From positions 2,500 to 66,499 of the forward strand of contig DATJIW010000097.1 of assembly GCA_035492775.1 (NCBI GenBank): a stretch of DNA of 64,000 bases, read 5' to 3'. Shown here piece by piece: positions 1 through 7,975 of this stretch. The position numbers and the translations under genes were made by a program. The notes under the pieces are model-generated. The model did no database searches and had not been told where the DNA came from. It saw nothing but the letters and a program-made list of their open reading frames with translations. How positions within the stretch are numbered: the first letter of the stretch is position 1; every line of letters begins with the position of its first letter. Source of the DNA: Vicinamibacterales bacterium (lineage in GTDB: Bacteria > Acidobacteriota > Vicinamibacteria > Vicinamibacterales > 2-12-FULL-66-21).

Positions 1-330
1 GTGGACGACAGCATGCGCGCGGAACTGGGGATCACGGATCAACAATCCGCAGCGGTCGAGTCCGTCTGGCAGCAGAGCCTTCCTCATCTGCGGGATTTGC
101 GCCGGCAGGTAGATGACATGGACAACACGGTCAGCCAGATGATCCGCGACGCGGTCGATGAGCCCACGATCGTGGCGGAGCTGGACCGCGTCGAGTCGAC
201 GCGGTCGGAGTTGAACAAGGGGCGGACCCTGATGCTCTATCGCATGAACCGGGTGCTCACCGCCGACCAGCGGACGAAACTCAAGGCGTTGTGGGAGCGC
301 GAACACAGCTCCGATCGCCGTCGTCCCTAG
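1..330 (+). CDS. CpxP/Spy-family periplasmic chaperone-like protein (N-terminus possibly cut by window edge)
   Basis: ORF runs from the window edge to TAG 328-330. Two LTxxQ-like motifs (ITDQQ, LTADQ) are typical of the CpxP/Spy/ZraP family. Confidence 0.5.
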   Translation: MDDSMRAELGITDQQSAAVESVWQQSLPHLRDLRRQVDDMDNTVSQMIRDAVDEPTIVAELDRVESTRSELNKGRTLMLYRMNRVLTADQRTKLKALWEREHSSDRRRP

Positions 331-375
331 GATCAATCTGTTTCAAATCGTACGAGGTCAGGAACTCGGGAGGTT

Positions 376-2193
376 TTGGTGAGGAAGAACGTACTCGTGC
401 CGGCGATCGCCGGCTTCGTCGTCGCGCTCGCAGCCGCGCCGGCGGCCGCGCAGGCACAGCAGAAGAAGACCAACGAGCCGGATCCGGCCATGGTGCATGC
501 GCTGGTGCAACAGGCGCTGCAGCAGGTCCAGCCGCTGCCCCAGCAGACCGGGCAGGAGACGACGCCGTTCGTCACGCCGGGGCCGCGCGTCAATCTCGCG
601 ATTGAAGACGCCGTCCAGCGTGCGCGCGACAAGAACATCGACATCGCCGTGGCGAGAATCACGCCGCGTTTGTCCGATTTCTCCATCGCGGCGCTCGAGG
701 CGAACTATCACCCGAACGTCACCTCGGCGGTCTCGAACCGCAGCAACACCTCCGCCGTCACGAACCAGACGCAGGGCACCGGCAACAGCCAGCACACCGG
801 CACCGCCTCGTGGCAGGCCGGCTTCGCGCAGAACATGAAGTGGCACGGCGGATCGTGGCAGGCGGGCTGGACCAACGCACGCATCGATTCGTCCAATCCG
901 TTTGCGACGCGCAACCCGACCTACCAGTCCGGGCTGACCGCTTCGTACACGCAGCCCCTGCTCCGGAACTGGAACATCGACTCGACGCGCGCGCAGCTCG
1001 AGACGACGCGCATCGGACAGCAGAACGATCAGATTTCGCTGACGTCCGCCACGTTCACGACGGAGGCGAACGTCCGCAACGCGTACTGGGATCTCGTGTA
1101 CGCGATTCAGGCCGTTGAAGCCGCGCAGGGACAGCTCGACCTCGCCAATCGGCTCGTTCAGGACAACCAGCAGCGCGTCGATATCGGCACCCTCGCCCCG
1201 ATCGACGTCGTGTCCGCGCAATCGGAAGCGGCCAACCGGCGACAGGACCTCGTGCAGGCCGAGGGGACGGTCCGTACGTCCGAACTCGCGCTGAAGCGGC
1301 TCATTGTCAGCGGCACCGACGACCCCATGTGGAGTTCATCGATCAACCCGACCGATCGGCCGCCGTCGACGAACGAGCCGATCAACCTCGACGCCGCGGT
1401 CGCCCGGGCACTGCGCGAACGCACCGACCTGCAGCAGTCGATGAACAACCTGAAGATCAGCGACGTCAACCTCCGCAACCAGGTCGAACAGACGCGGCCG
1501 CAGCTCGATCTGACGGCATCGTACGGGCTGAGCGGAATCGGCGGAACGCAGTTCGTGCGGGACAACACGCTCGGCGGACAGATCGTCTCGACGGCGCCCT
1601 CGGGCTATTTCGACGCACTCACGACGCTGGGGCGGTTCAATCTCCCGACGTGGAACGTGCAGCTGAACCTGGCGATCCCGCTCGGGATTAGCGCCGCAGA
1701 ATCCAACGTGGCCCGATCAAAGCTGCAGCTCGAACAGACGCAGGCGAACCTCAAGTCGCTGCAGCTGCAGATCGCGACCGACGTCACCAACGCAGCCCTG
1801 AACGTTCAGAGCTCGCTCGAAAGCGTGCAGGCGAGCGGCGTGGCACGCGAGCTCGCGAAGCAGAAACTCGACGCGGCGATGAGCAAGGCCGAAGTCGGGA
1901 TGGCAACGAATTACGAGGTCGTCCAGGCACAGCGTGACTTCGCGGACTCGCAGAACGCCGAATTGCGCGCGATCCTGAATTACCGGAAGGCGCTCGTGAA
2001 TTTCGAAGCATCGCAGACGGTGGGCACCCGCGCGGTGACGGGCGTCACGAGTACGGGCGGCACCGCCATCGCCACCGGTGCGGCGACCGCGACGGGCTCG
2101 GCCACGACGGGAACCGGAGCAACCGTCACCGGCGGAACGGGTACTGTGACCGGCGGCACCGGCGCGACCGGCACTGGAGGCGGAGGCCAGTAA
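376..2193 (+). CDS. TolC-family outer membrane efflux protein with Gly/Thr-rich C-terminal tail
   Basis: 605-aa ORF with GGGAGG at 368-373; start is TTG 376 or GTG 379. Signal-peptide-like N-terminus and two OEP-like repeat halves. First gene of an OMF-MFP-ABC operon. Confidence 0.85.
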   Translation: MVRKNVLVPAIAGFVVALAAAPAAAQAQQKKTNEPDPAMVHALVQQALQQVQPLPQQTGQETTPFVTPGPRVNLAIEDAVQRARDKNIDIAVARITPRLSDFSIAALEANYHPNVTSAVSNRSNTSAVTNQTQGTGNSQHTGTASWQAGFAQNMKWHGGSWQAGWTNARIDSSNPFATRNPTYQSGLTASYTQPLLRNWNIDSTRAQLETTRIGQQNDQISLTSATFTTEANVRNAYWDLVYAIQAVEAAQGQLDLANRLVQDNQQRVDIGTLAPIDVVSAQSEAANRRQDLVQAEGTVRTSELALKRLIVSGTDDPMWSSSINPTDRPPSTNEPINLDAAVARALRERTDLQQSMNNLKISDVNLRNQVEQTRPQLDLTASYGLSGIGGTQFVRDNTLGGQIVSTAPSGYFDALTTLGRFNLPTWNVQLNLAIPLGISAAESNVARSKLQLEQTQANLKSLQLQIATDVTNAALNVQSSLESVQASGVARELAKQKLDAAMSKAEVGMATNYEVVQAQRDFADSQNAELRAILNYRKALVNFEASQTVGTRAVTGVTSTGGTAIATGAATATGSATTGTGATVTGGTGTVTGGTGATGTGGGGQ

Positions 2194-2241
2194 CCGGCGT
2201 CGTGGACGCCTCATCGGGATGCGGGTCAGACGCAAACGTTC

Positions 2242-3924
2242 ATGAAAAAGCTCATTACGATCATCATCGTGCTCGTCGCCATCGGGGCCGGGGTCGGGGC
2301 CTACTACTACAAACGTAGCGGGCCCGAGCCTTCGGTGACGACGCTGCAGGTGTCGCGCGGCGACATCATCGATCAGGTGGGCGCGACCGGCACGCTGCAG
2401 GCGGTGACGACGGTGCAGGTCGGAACGCAGGTCTCGGGAATCGTTCAGGAGCTCTACGCCGACTTCAACTCGATCGTGAAGAAGGGGCAGATCATCGCGC
2501 GGCTGGACCCGTCGCTGCTCCAGACGGCGCTCGACACGGCCCAGGCGAATTTCGTGAACGCGCAGGCAAACCTCGAGCGGCAGAAGGTCGCGCTCGACGA
2601 CGCGAACACGAAGCTGAGGCGCGCGCAGGAACTGTTCGCGAAGAATCTGGCACCGCGGACCGACCTCGAAACGGCCGAAGTCGCAGCGAAGCAGGCGGAT
2701 GCGCAGCTCAAGGCGACGCAATCGCAGATCGTGCAGGCACAGGCCGCCGTCAACAAGGCGAAGGTCGACCTCGATCACACGATCATTACCGCGCCGATTG
2801 ACGGCATCGTGACATCCCGAAACGTCGACAAAGGCCAGACGGTCGCGTCGAGCATGCAGGCGCCGACGCTGTTCATCATCGCCGCCGATCTGACGAAGAT
2901 GCAGGTCAACGCGAACATCGACGAGTCGGACGTCGGCCGCATGCGGCCGGGGCAGGTCGTTCGCTTCCGCGTGGACGCGTACCCGAACGACACGTTCGTC
3001 GGCACCGTCGACCAGGTCCGGCTGAATCCAACCACGGTGCAGAACGTCGTCACCTACTCCACCGTCATCGACGTGCCGAATCCCGACTACCGCCTGATGC
3101 CGGGCATGACGGCAAACCTGAACATCGAAGTCGCGCGCCGCAGCAACGTGCTCCGCGTGCCGAATGCGGCAATCCGCTTCCGCCCGACCCGCGATACGTT
3201 CACCGCGCTGAATCAATCGATTACGCCGGACATCGAGCGCGCGCTCGGCGGCGGGCGCGGCGGGTTCGGCGGCCGCGGCTTCGGTCGCGATACCGGCGCC
3301 ATGAGCGGCACCGGCGGTATCGGTGGACCGCCGGCCAACGGGCAGCCAGCCAACGCAGCGCAGGGCGGCAGCGCCTACCAACGCGGCGGCGGCGACGCGG
3401 GCGCGGCCAGCGGTGCGGCGGGCGGCGGGCGCGGCGGGTTCGCGAACCTGAGTCCCGAAGAGCGTCAGAAGCGGATGCAGGAGCGGCTCGCGCAGATGAC
3501 GCCCGAACAGCGCCAGCAGTTCGAGCAGCGGATGAAGGAGCGCGGCATCGATACGGGAAGCCAGACCGCTCAGGCCCCGAGCGCCGCGCCTGCCAGGAAG
3601 GGCCAGCCGGCCGCGTCCAGCGCGACGTCGAGGGCGATCGCGAGCGGCGCGCAGACCATCGATTCGTTGTTCGGTCCGCTGCCGACGGTCGAATCGCGGG
3701 GCCGCGTGTGGCTCTACATCAACAAACAGCTGAAGCCGGTCAACCTGCGCCTCGGGATTTCAGACGGCACCTGGACCGAAGTGCTCGACGGCAACGAACT
3801 GCAGCCCGGCACGGAAGTGGTCACGAACATCACGACAGGTCTCGAAACGCAACAGCGGCCCGGAAGCCAGGGTCCGTCGAACAATCCGCTGATGGGTCCG
3901 CAGCGCGGCCGCGGCCGGGGCTGA
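2242..3924 (+). CDS. Efflux transporter periplasmic adaptor (HlyD/MacA-type MFP) with long low-complexity insert
   Basis: N-terminal TM anchor, coiled-coil hairpin (QANFVNAQANLERQKVALDDA...), lipoyl and beta-barrel motifs (IITAPIDGIV, VDAYPN). Sits between the TolC and ABC genes. Confidence 0.9.
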   Translation: MKKLITIIIVLVAIGAGVGAYYYKRSGPEPSVTTLQVSRGDIIDQVGATGTLQAVTTVQVGTQVSGIVQELYADFNSIVKKGQIIARLDPSLLQTALDTAQANFVNAQANLERQKVALDDANTKLRRAQELFAKNLAPRTDLETAEVAAKQADAQLKATQSQIVQAQAAVNKAKVDLDHTIITAPIDGIVTSRNVDKGQTVASSMQAPTLFIIAADLTKMQVNANIDESDVGRMRPGQVVRFRVDAYPNDTFVGTVDQVRLNPTTVQNVVTYSTVIDVPNPDYRLMPGMTANLNIEVARRSNVLRVPNAAIRFRPTRDTFTALNQSITPDIERALGGGRGGFGGRGFGRDTGAMSGTGGIGGPPANGQPANAAQGGSAYQRGGGDAGAASGAAGGGRGGFANLSPEERQKRMQERLAQMTPEQRQQFEQRMKERGIDTGSQTAQAPSAAPARKGQPAASSATSRAIASGAQTIDSLFGPLPTVESRGRVWLYINKQLKPVNLRLGISDGTWTEVLDGNELQPGTEVVTNITTGLETQQRPGSQGPSNNPLMGPQRGRGRG

Positions 3925-3928
3925 CGCA

Positions 3929-4729
3929 GTGGCCGATGTCGTCATCTCCGTCCGCGACCTGACGAAGACCTATCGGGTCGGCGATATCGAAGTACGCGCC
4001 TTGCGCGGCGCGTCGCTCGACATCTACAAGGGGGAATTCACGTGCGTGACCGGCCCGTCCGGCTCGGGCAAGTCCACGTTCATGCACATCGTCGGCTGTC
4101 TCGATCGCCCGACCAGCGGGCATTACATCCTCGACGGCAGAGACGTCTCGAAGCTGTCGAAAGACGAGCTCGCCGCCATTCGCAACAAGAAGATCGGGTT
4201 CGTGTTCCAGGGATTCAACCTGCTGTCACGGACGACGGCGCTGGACAACGTCGAACTGCCGCTCCTGTACAACGGCGGCAGCCGGATGAAGTCCGCCGAG
4301 CGGCACCGCCGCGCGAAGGAAGTGCTGGAAATCGTCGGCCTCGGACAGCGGATGGATCACTATCCCAATCAGTTGTCGGGCGGTCAGCAGCAGCGCGTTG
4401 CCATCGCCCGCGCGCTGATCAACGAGCCGGCAATCCTGCTGGCCGACGAGCCTACGGGCAACCTCGATACGCGGACGAGCATCGAGGTCATGGACATTTT
4501 CCAGCGGCTGAACATCGAGCGCGGGATCACCGTGGTGCTCATCACGCACGAAATGGAGATCGCGGAGCACGGCACGCGGCTGGTCCGCTTCCGCGACGGC
4601 CGGATACAACTCGATCAGCAGATCACGAACCGGCGTTTTGCGGCCGAGGAACTGAAGGCGCTCCCGCCGCCCGACGTCGATTCGGCTGGCGACCCGGCCC
4701 CGCTCGGCGAACCGACGACTCCGCACTGA
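3929..4729 (+). CDS. ABC transporter ATP-binding protein (MacB/LolD type)
   Basis: Walker [10 protein letters not shown], signature [15 protein letters not shown], Walker [16 protein letters not shown] start 4 nt after the MFP stop. Confidence 0.92.
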   Translation: MADVVISVRDLTKTYRVGDIEVRALRGASLDIYKGEFTCVTGPSGSGKSTFMHIVGCLDRPTSGHYILDGRDVSKLSKDELAAIRNKKIGFVFQGFNLLSRTTALDNVELPLLYNGGSRMKSAERHRRAKEVLEIVGLGQRMDHYPNQLSGGQQQRVAIARALINEPAILLADEPTGNLDTRTSIEVMDIFQRLNIERGITVVLITHEMEIAEHGTRLVRFRDGRIQLDQQITNRRFAAEELKALPPPDVDSAGDPAPLGEPTTPH

Positions 4730-4736
4730 GACGACG

Positions 4737-5954
4737 ATGTCAATCCTGATGACGCTCCGGATCGCGCTCAAGGCGCTCAACCGGAACAAGATGCGCACGG
4801 CGCTCACGATGCTCGGCATGATCATCGGGGTAGGCGCCGTGATCACGATGGTGGCGCTCGGCAAGGGCGCGCAGTCCACGATCGAAGAGCAGGTGAAGTC
4901 GGCCGGGACGAACATGATCCTCGTGAATGCCGGCAACTTCTCGACTGGCGGAGTGCGGATGGGCCAGGGCAACTCCACCACGCTCACGGCGGACGACGCG
5001 AACGCGATCAAGCAGCTGCCGGGCGTGCAGTATGCGGCCGCGGGATCGTACACGCGCGCGCAGGTAATCGCCGGCAACCAGAACTGGGCGACGCAAATCC
5101 AGGGGACCGACATCGACATTCCGGCAATCCGGAATTGGCCGACGAAATTCGGCGCGTTCTTCACCGCGCAGGACGTGGCGTCGGCGGCGAAGGTCGCCGT
5201 GCTCGGCACGGTGGTCTCCGACACCCTCTTCGGACCCGACGTAGATCCGACCGGGCAGATCATCCGCGTCCGCAATCAACCCTTCAAGGTCGTGGGCGTG
5301 ATGATCAGCAAGGGACAGTCGTCAATGGGCCAGGACCAGGACGACACCATCTTCGTCCCCTACACGACGGTGCAGAAGAAGCTGCTGGGCGTGACGCACA
5401 TCAGCAACGTCACCGTGTCGGCCGCGAGCGCGGAGGAGGTCAATCAGACCGCGGACAGCATCCGCGACCTGCTGCGCGTGCGCCACAAGATCGTCCCGGG
5501 CGATGCGGACGACTTCATGGTTAGAACGCTCGAAGACATGGCCAGCGTGCGTACGGAGACGACGAAGACCATGACGACCCTGCTGGCCGGGATCGCCGGG
5601 GTATCGCTGATGGTCGGCGGCATCGGCATCATGAACATCATGCTGGTGTCGGTGACCGAGCGCACGCGGGAGATCGGCCTGCGCATGGCGATCGGCGCGC
5701 GCGGCAAGGACGTGCTGCTGCAGTTCCTCGTCGAAGCCGTGGTCATCAGCCTGTTCGGCGGGCTCGTTGGCATCGCGGTGGGGTTCGGCTGCAGCGCTGC
5801 GGTGCAGAAATTTGCCGAGTGGCCCACGGCCATCCCGGCGAACGCCATCGCGATGGCGTTCGGCTTCTCCGGCGCCACGGGCGTGTTCTTCGGTTTTTAT
5901 CCGGCCCGCAAGGCCGCGGGCCTGGATCCGATCGAGGCGCTGCGCTTCGAGTAG
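4737..5954 (+). CDS. ABC transporter permease (MacB periplasmic core domain + FtsX)
   Basis: N-terminus ALKALNRNKMRTALTMLGIIIGV and C-terminus ERTREIGLRMAIGA...YPARKAAGLDPIEALRFE are typical of MacB/FtsX permeases. Confidence 0.92.
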   Translation: MSILMTLRIALKALNRNKMRTALTMLGMIIGVGAVITMVALGKGAQSTIEEQVKSAGTNMILVNAGNFSTGGVRMGQGNSTTLTADDANAIKQLPGVQYAAAGSYTRAQVIAGNQNWATQIQGTDIDIPAIRNWPTKFGAFFTAQDVASAAKVAVLGTVVSDTLFGPDVDPTGQIIRVRNQPFKVVGVMISKGQSSMGQDQDDTIFVPYTTVQKKLLGVTHISNVTVSAASAEEVNQTADSIRDLLRVRHKIVPGDADDFMVRTLEDMASVRTETTKTMTTLLAGIAGVSLMVGGIGIMNIMLVSVTERTREIGLRMAIGARGKDVLLQFLVEAVVISLFGGLVGIAVGFGCSAAVQKFAEWPTAIPANAIAMAFGFSGATGVFFGFYPARKAAGLDPIEALRFE

Positions 5955-6018
5955 CGGCCTTCGATGTTCGTCACCACGGCGCCCCATGTCGGGACGCCGT
6001 ACTGCAAGGAGTCACAGC

Positions 6019-6459
6019 ATGAAACGAAAGTTCGGAATTGCGGCGGCCCTGGTCGTCGCGCTGGCCATCACCGGCTATGCGCAGAAGCCGGATTTTTCCG
6101 GCACCTGGACCCCCGACATGTCGGCCGACACGGCGGGCGGCGGCGGCATGGGCGGCGGGCGCGGAATGGCTGGCCCGATGACAGTGAAGCAGACTGCTGA
6201 CACGCTCACGATCGAGCGTCAGGGACCAAACGGCGCGATGACGATGAACTACAAGCTCGATGGTTCGGAAAGCGACATCACGATGGGCCAGATGACGGCG
6301 AAGGCGTCGGCCAAGTGGGACGGCAACAACCTGGTCATCACGATCAAGAGCGACCGCGGCGAGCAGACGCAGACCTGGTCGATGGCCGACGGCAAGCTCA
6401 CGATCCAGCGTACCGGCGGACGCGGGCCGAGCACGATGACGTACAAGAAGACGACGTAG
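6019..6459 (+). CDS. Small secreted hypothetical protein
   Basis: AAGGAG RBS at 6006-6011, ATG 6019, signal peptide MKRKFGIAAALVVALAITGYAQ. The longer 5767 ORF overlaps the upstream permease gene. Confidence 0.6.
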   Translation: MKRKFGIAAALVVALAITGYAQKPDFSGTWTPDMSADTAGGGGMGGGRGMAGPMTVKQTADTLTIERQGPNGAMTMNYKLDGSESDITMGQMTAKASAKWDGNNLVITIKSDRGEQTQTWSMADGKLTIQRTGGRGPSTMTYKKTT

Positions 6460-6493
6460 GATTCAGGAGATCCGATTCGAACTGCCTGTCGAG

Positions 6494-6519
6494 GGCGGCC
6501 TTTTCAGGCCGCCCTTTTC
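6494..6519. terminator. Hairpin between convergent genes (GGGCGGCC-TTTTCA-GGCCGCCC-TTTT)
   Basis: Perfect 8-bp GC stem, 6-nt loop and a T4 tail, lying between the stops at 6459 (+) and 6522 (-). Confidence 0.6.
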
Positions 6520-6521
6520 GT

Positions 6522-6977
6522 TCAATCCAGCAGATCCAGCAGCTCGGCGACCGTCAGGCTGGTCACCGGGTCGATGATGTCCGGCGCAATCGACGCGAGG
6601 GGCTCGAGCACGAATCGCCGTTCGCGAAAACGCGGGTGCGGCACCTGGACGCCTGGCGCATCGATGATCTGATCGCCGGCGAGAATGAGGTCGAGGTCGA
6701 GCGTGCGCGGCGCGTTCGCGTGCGGCCGCTCGCGTCCGCGCCGGCGTTCGATGTCGAGGAGCGCCGCGACGAGCGCCGCGGGCGGAAGGTCGCTCTCCCC
6801 CACCGCAGCCGCATTGAGGAACTCCGGATCGTGCTCGAGGCCTGCGCCGACGGGTTTCGTCTCGATCGGCTCGGAGACGATCAAACCGTTGACGACGCGC
6901 TCGAGTTCACCGGTTGCCCATGTGAGATGCGCGCGTCGATCGCCGAGATTGCTGCCGAGCGCAATCGCAACACGCAT
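6522..6977 (-). CDS. folK: 2-amino-4-hydroxy-6-hydroxymethyldihydropteridine diphosphokinase
   Basis: MRVAIALGSNLGDR...LDLDLILAGDQ...PHPRFRERRFVLEPL is the HPPK signature. ATG at 6977 chosen; the upstream ORF extension is Arg-rich junk. Confidence 0.85.
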   Translation of the reverse strand: MRVAIALGSNLGDRRAHLTWATGELERVVNGLIVSEPIETKPVGAGLEHDPEFLNAAAVGESDLPPAALVAALLDIERRRGRERPHANAPRTLDLDLILAGDQIIDAPGVQVPHPRFRERRFVLEPLASIAPDIIDPVTSLTVAELLDLLD

Positions 6978-7009
6978 TGCGAAGCCTCCAGCGTCCGGTT
7001 TTTGAATTC

Positions 7010-7498
7010 CTACTCCACCCAGCGGGTGGCAATGACTTCGCCCGCCGTGCGGGCGCCGTCGGCGGCGCGGCCGAGCAGGTCGAGACGTCCGGCGAGCATC
7101 TGATCGAAAAAGCGCTTGTGTTCGAGGGTTTCGCCGAGAATCACGCGGAGCATGGTGCGATGGCGGGCGTTCGTGACCTTTTCCACGCGCTCGCGCCAGC
7201 GGTCGAAGAACGACTGCATGCCGACGCTGTCCTCGCGTATGACGCCGGTCTGGGCTTCGTTGCCCTTGCCGCGAGTGGCGATGGCCGGCTCCGGGGGCTG
7301 CACGAGGGTGCCGCCGAGCGCGGCGATTGCGTCCTGCAACCATGCGAGCTGCACGTCCTCGCGGTTGATGATGTACTGGTACGTGTTGTTGAAATCGTAG
7401 TTCGGCACGTGCCGCGCCGCGGCGGCGTGCCGCTGCCGGAGCGACCCCTTGTCGGCGTAGAACTCGCGGAGCAGTTCGAGCAGGTCTGCCGGTTTCAC
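7010..7498 (-). CDS. Hypothetical protein
   Basis: GTG 7498 forms a GTGA overlap with the stop of the upstream DksA-like gene. The alternative ATG at 7540 would overlap that gene by 46 nt. Confidence 0.5.
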   Translation of the reverse strand: MKPADLLELLREFYADKGSLRQRHAAAARHVPNYDFNNTYQYIINREDVQLAWLQDAIAALGGTLVQPPEPAIATRGKGNEAQTGVIREDSVGMQSFFDRWRERVEKVTNARHRTMLRVILGETLEHKRFFDQMLAGRLDLLGRAADGARTAGEVIATRWVE

Positions 7499-7833
7499 GA
7501 GTTCTGCTTTTCCTTGCAGGTGATGCAGACGCGCGTCCACGGGATGGCGTTGAGCCGCGCCGGGGCGATCGGTTCGCCGCAGTCGCGGCAGACGCCGTAC
7601 GTTCCCTTCTCGATCCGCCAGAGCGCTTCTTCGATGGCCTGCAGGATCTTGGCGTCGGTCTGCTTCAGTTTGAGCTGGATGTGGACTTCGTTGTTGCCGC
7701 TTGCCTGGTCGGCCAGATCGCCCTGGCGGGAATTGACGTCCATCGAAGCCTGCAGGGGCTTGATGCCGCCGCCAGCGGCCAGGATTTCGCCGCGCTTTCG
7801 AAGCAGCGCTTCCTTGTAAACCGACGTGTCCAT
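7495..7833 (-). CDS. DksA/TraR-family C4 zinc-finger protein
   Basis: C-terminal CRDCGEPIAPARLNAIPWTRVCITC zinc finger preceded by a coiled-coil region. ATG 7833 (MDTSVYKEALL). Confidence 0.85.
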   Translation of the reverse strand: MDTSVYKEALLRKRGEILAAGGGIKPLQASMDVNSRQGDLADQASGNNEVHIQLKLKQTDAKILQAIEEALWRIEKGTYGVCRDCGEPIAPARLNAIPWTRVCITCKEKQNS

Positions 7834-7975
7834 GCGTGCTCCCAGAGTCCCTGCAGGGGCCATGGCCGGTGCGGGGAAAACCTCATCGTATCACGTGGTT
7901 GACGCCCAAGGTCCTCGGCTCGACCCTTGAGACAGTCCGACCGTCGTCCTCCGCCGTGCAACGTCCGACCCGGAG

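Noticed and set aside
358-3381. Long minus-strand ORFs (358..1221, 1717..3381) opposite the TolC and MFP genes
   Set aside because: They are Arg/Ala/Gly/Pro-dominated shadow ORFs, typical of GC-rich DNA. They lie antisense to genes with clear family motifs and have no motifs of their own.
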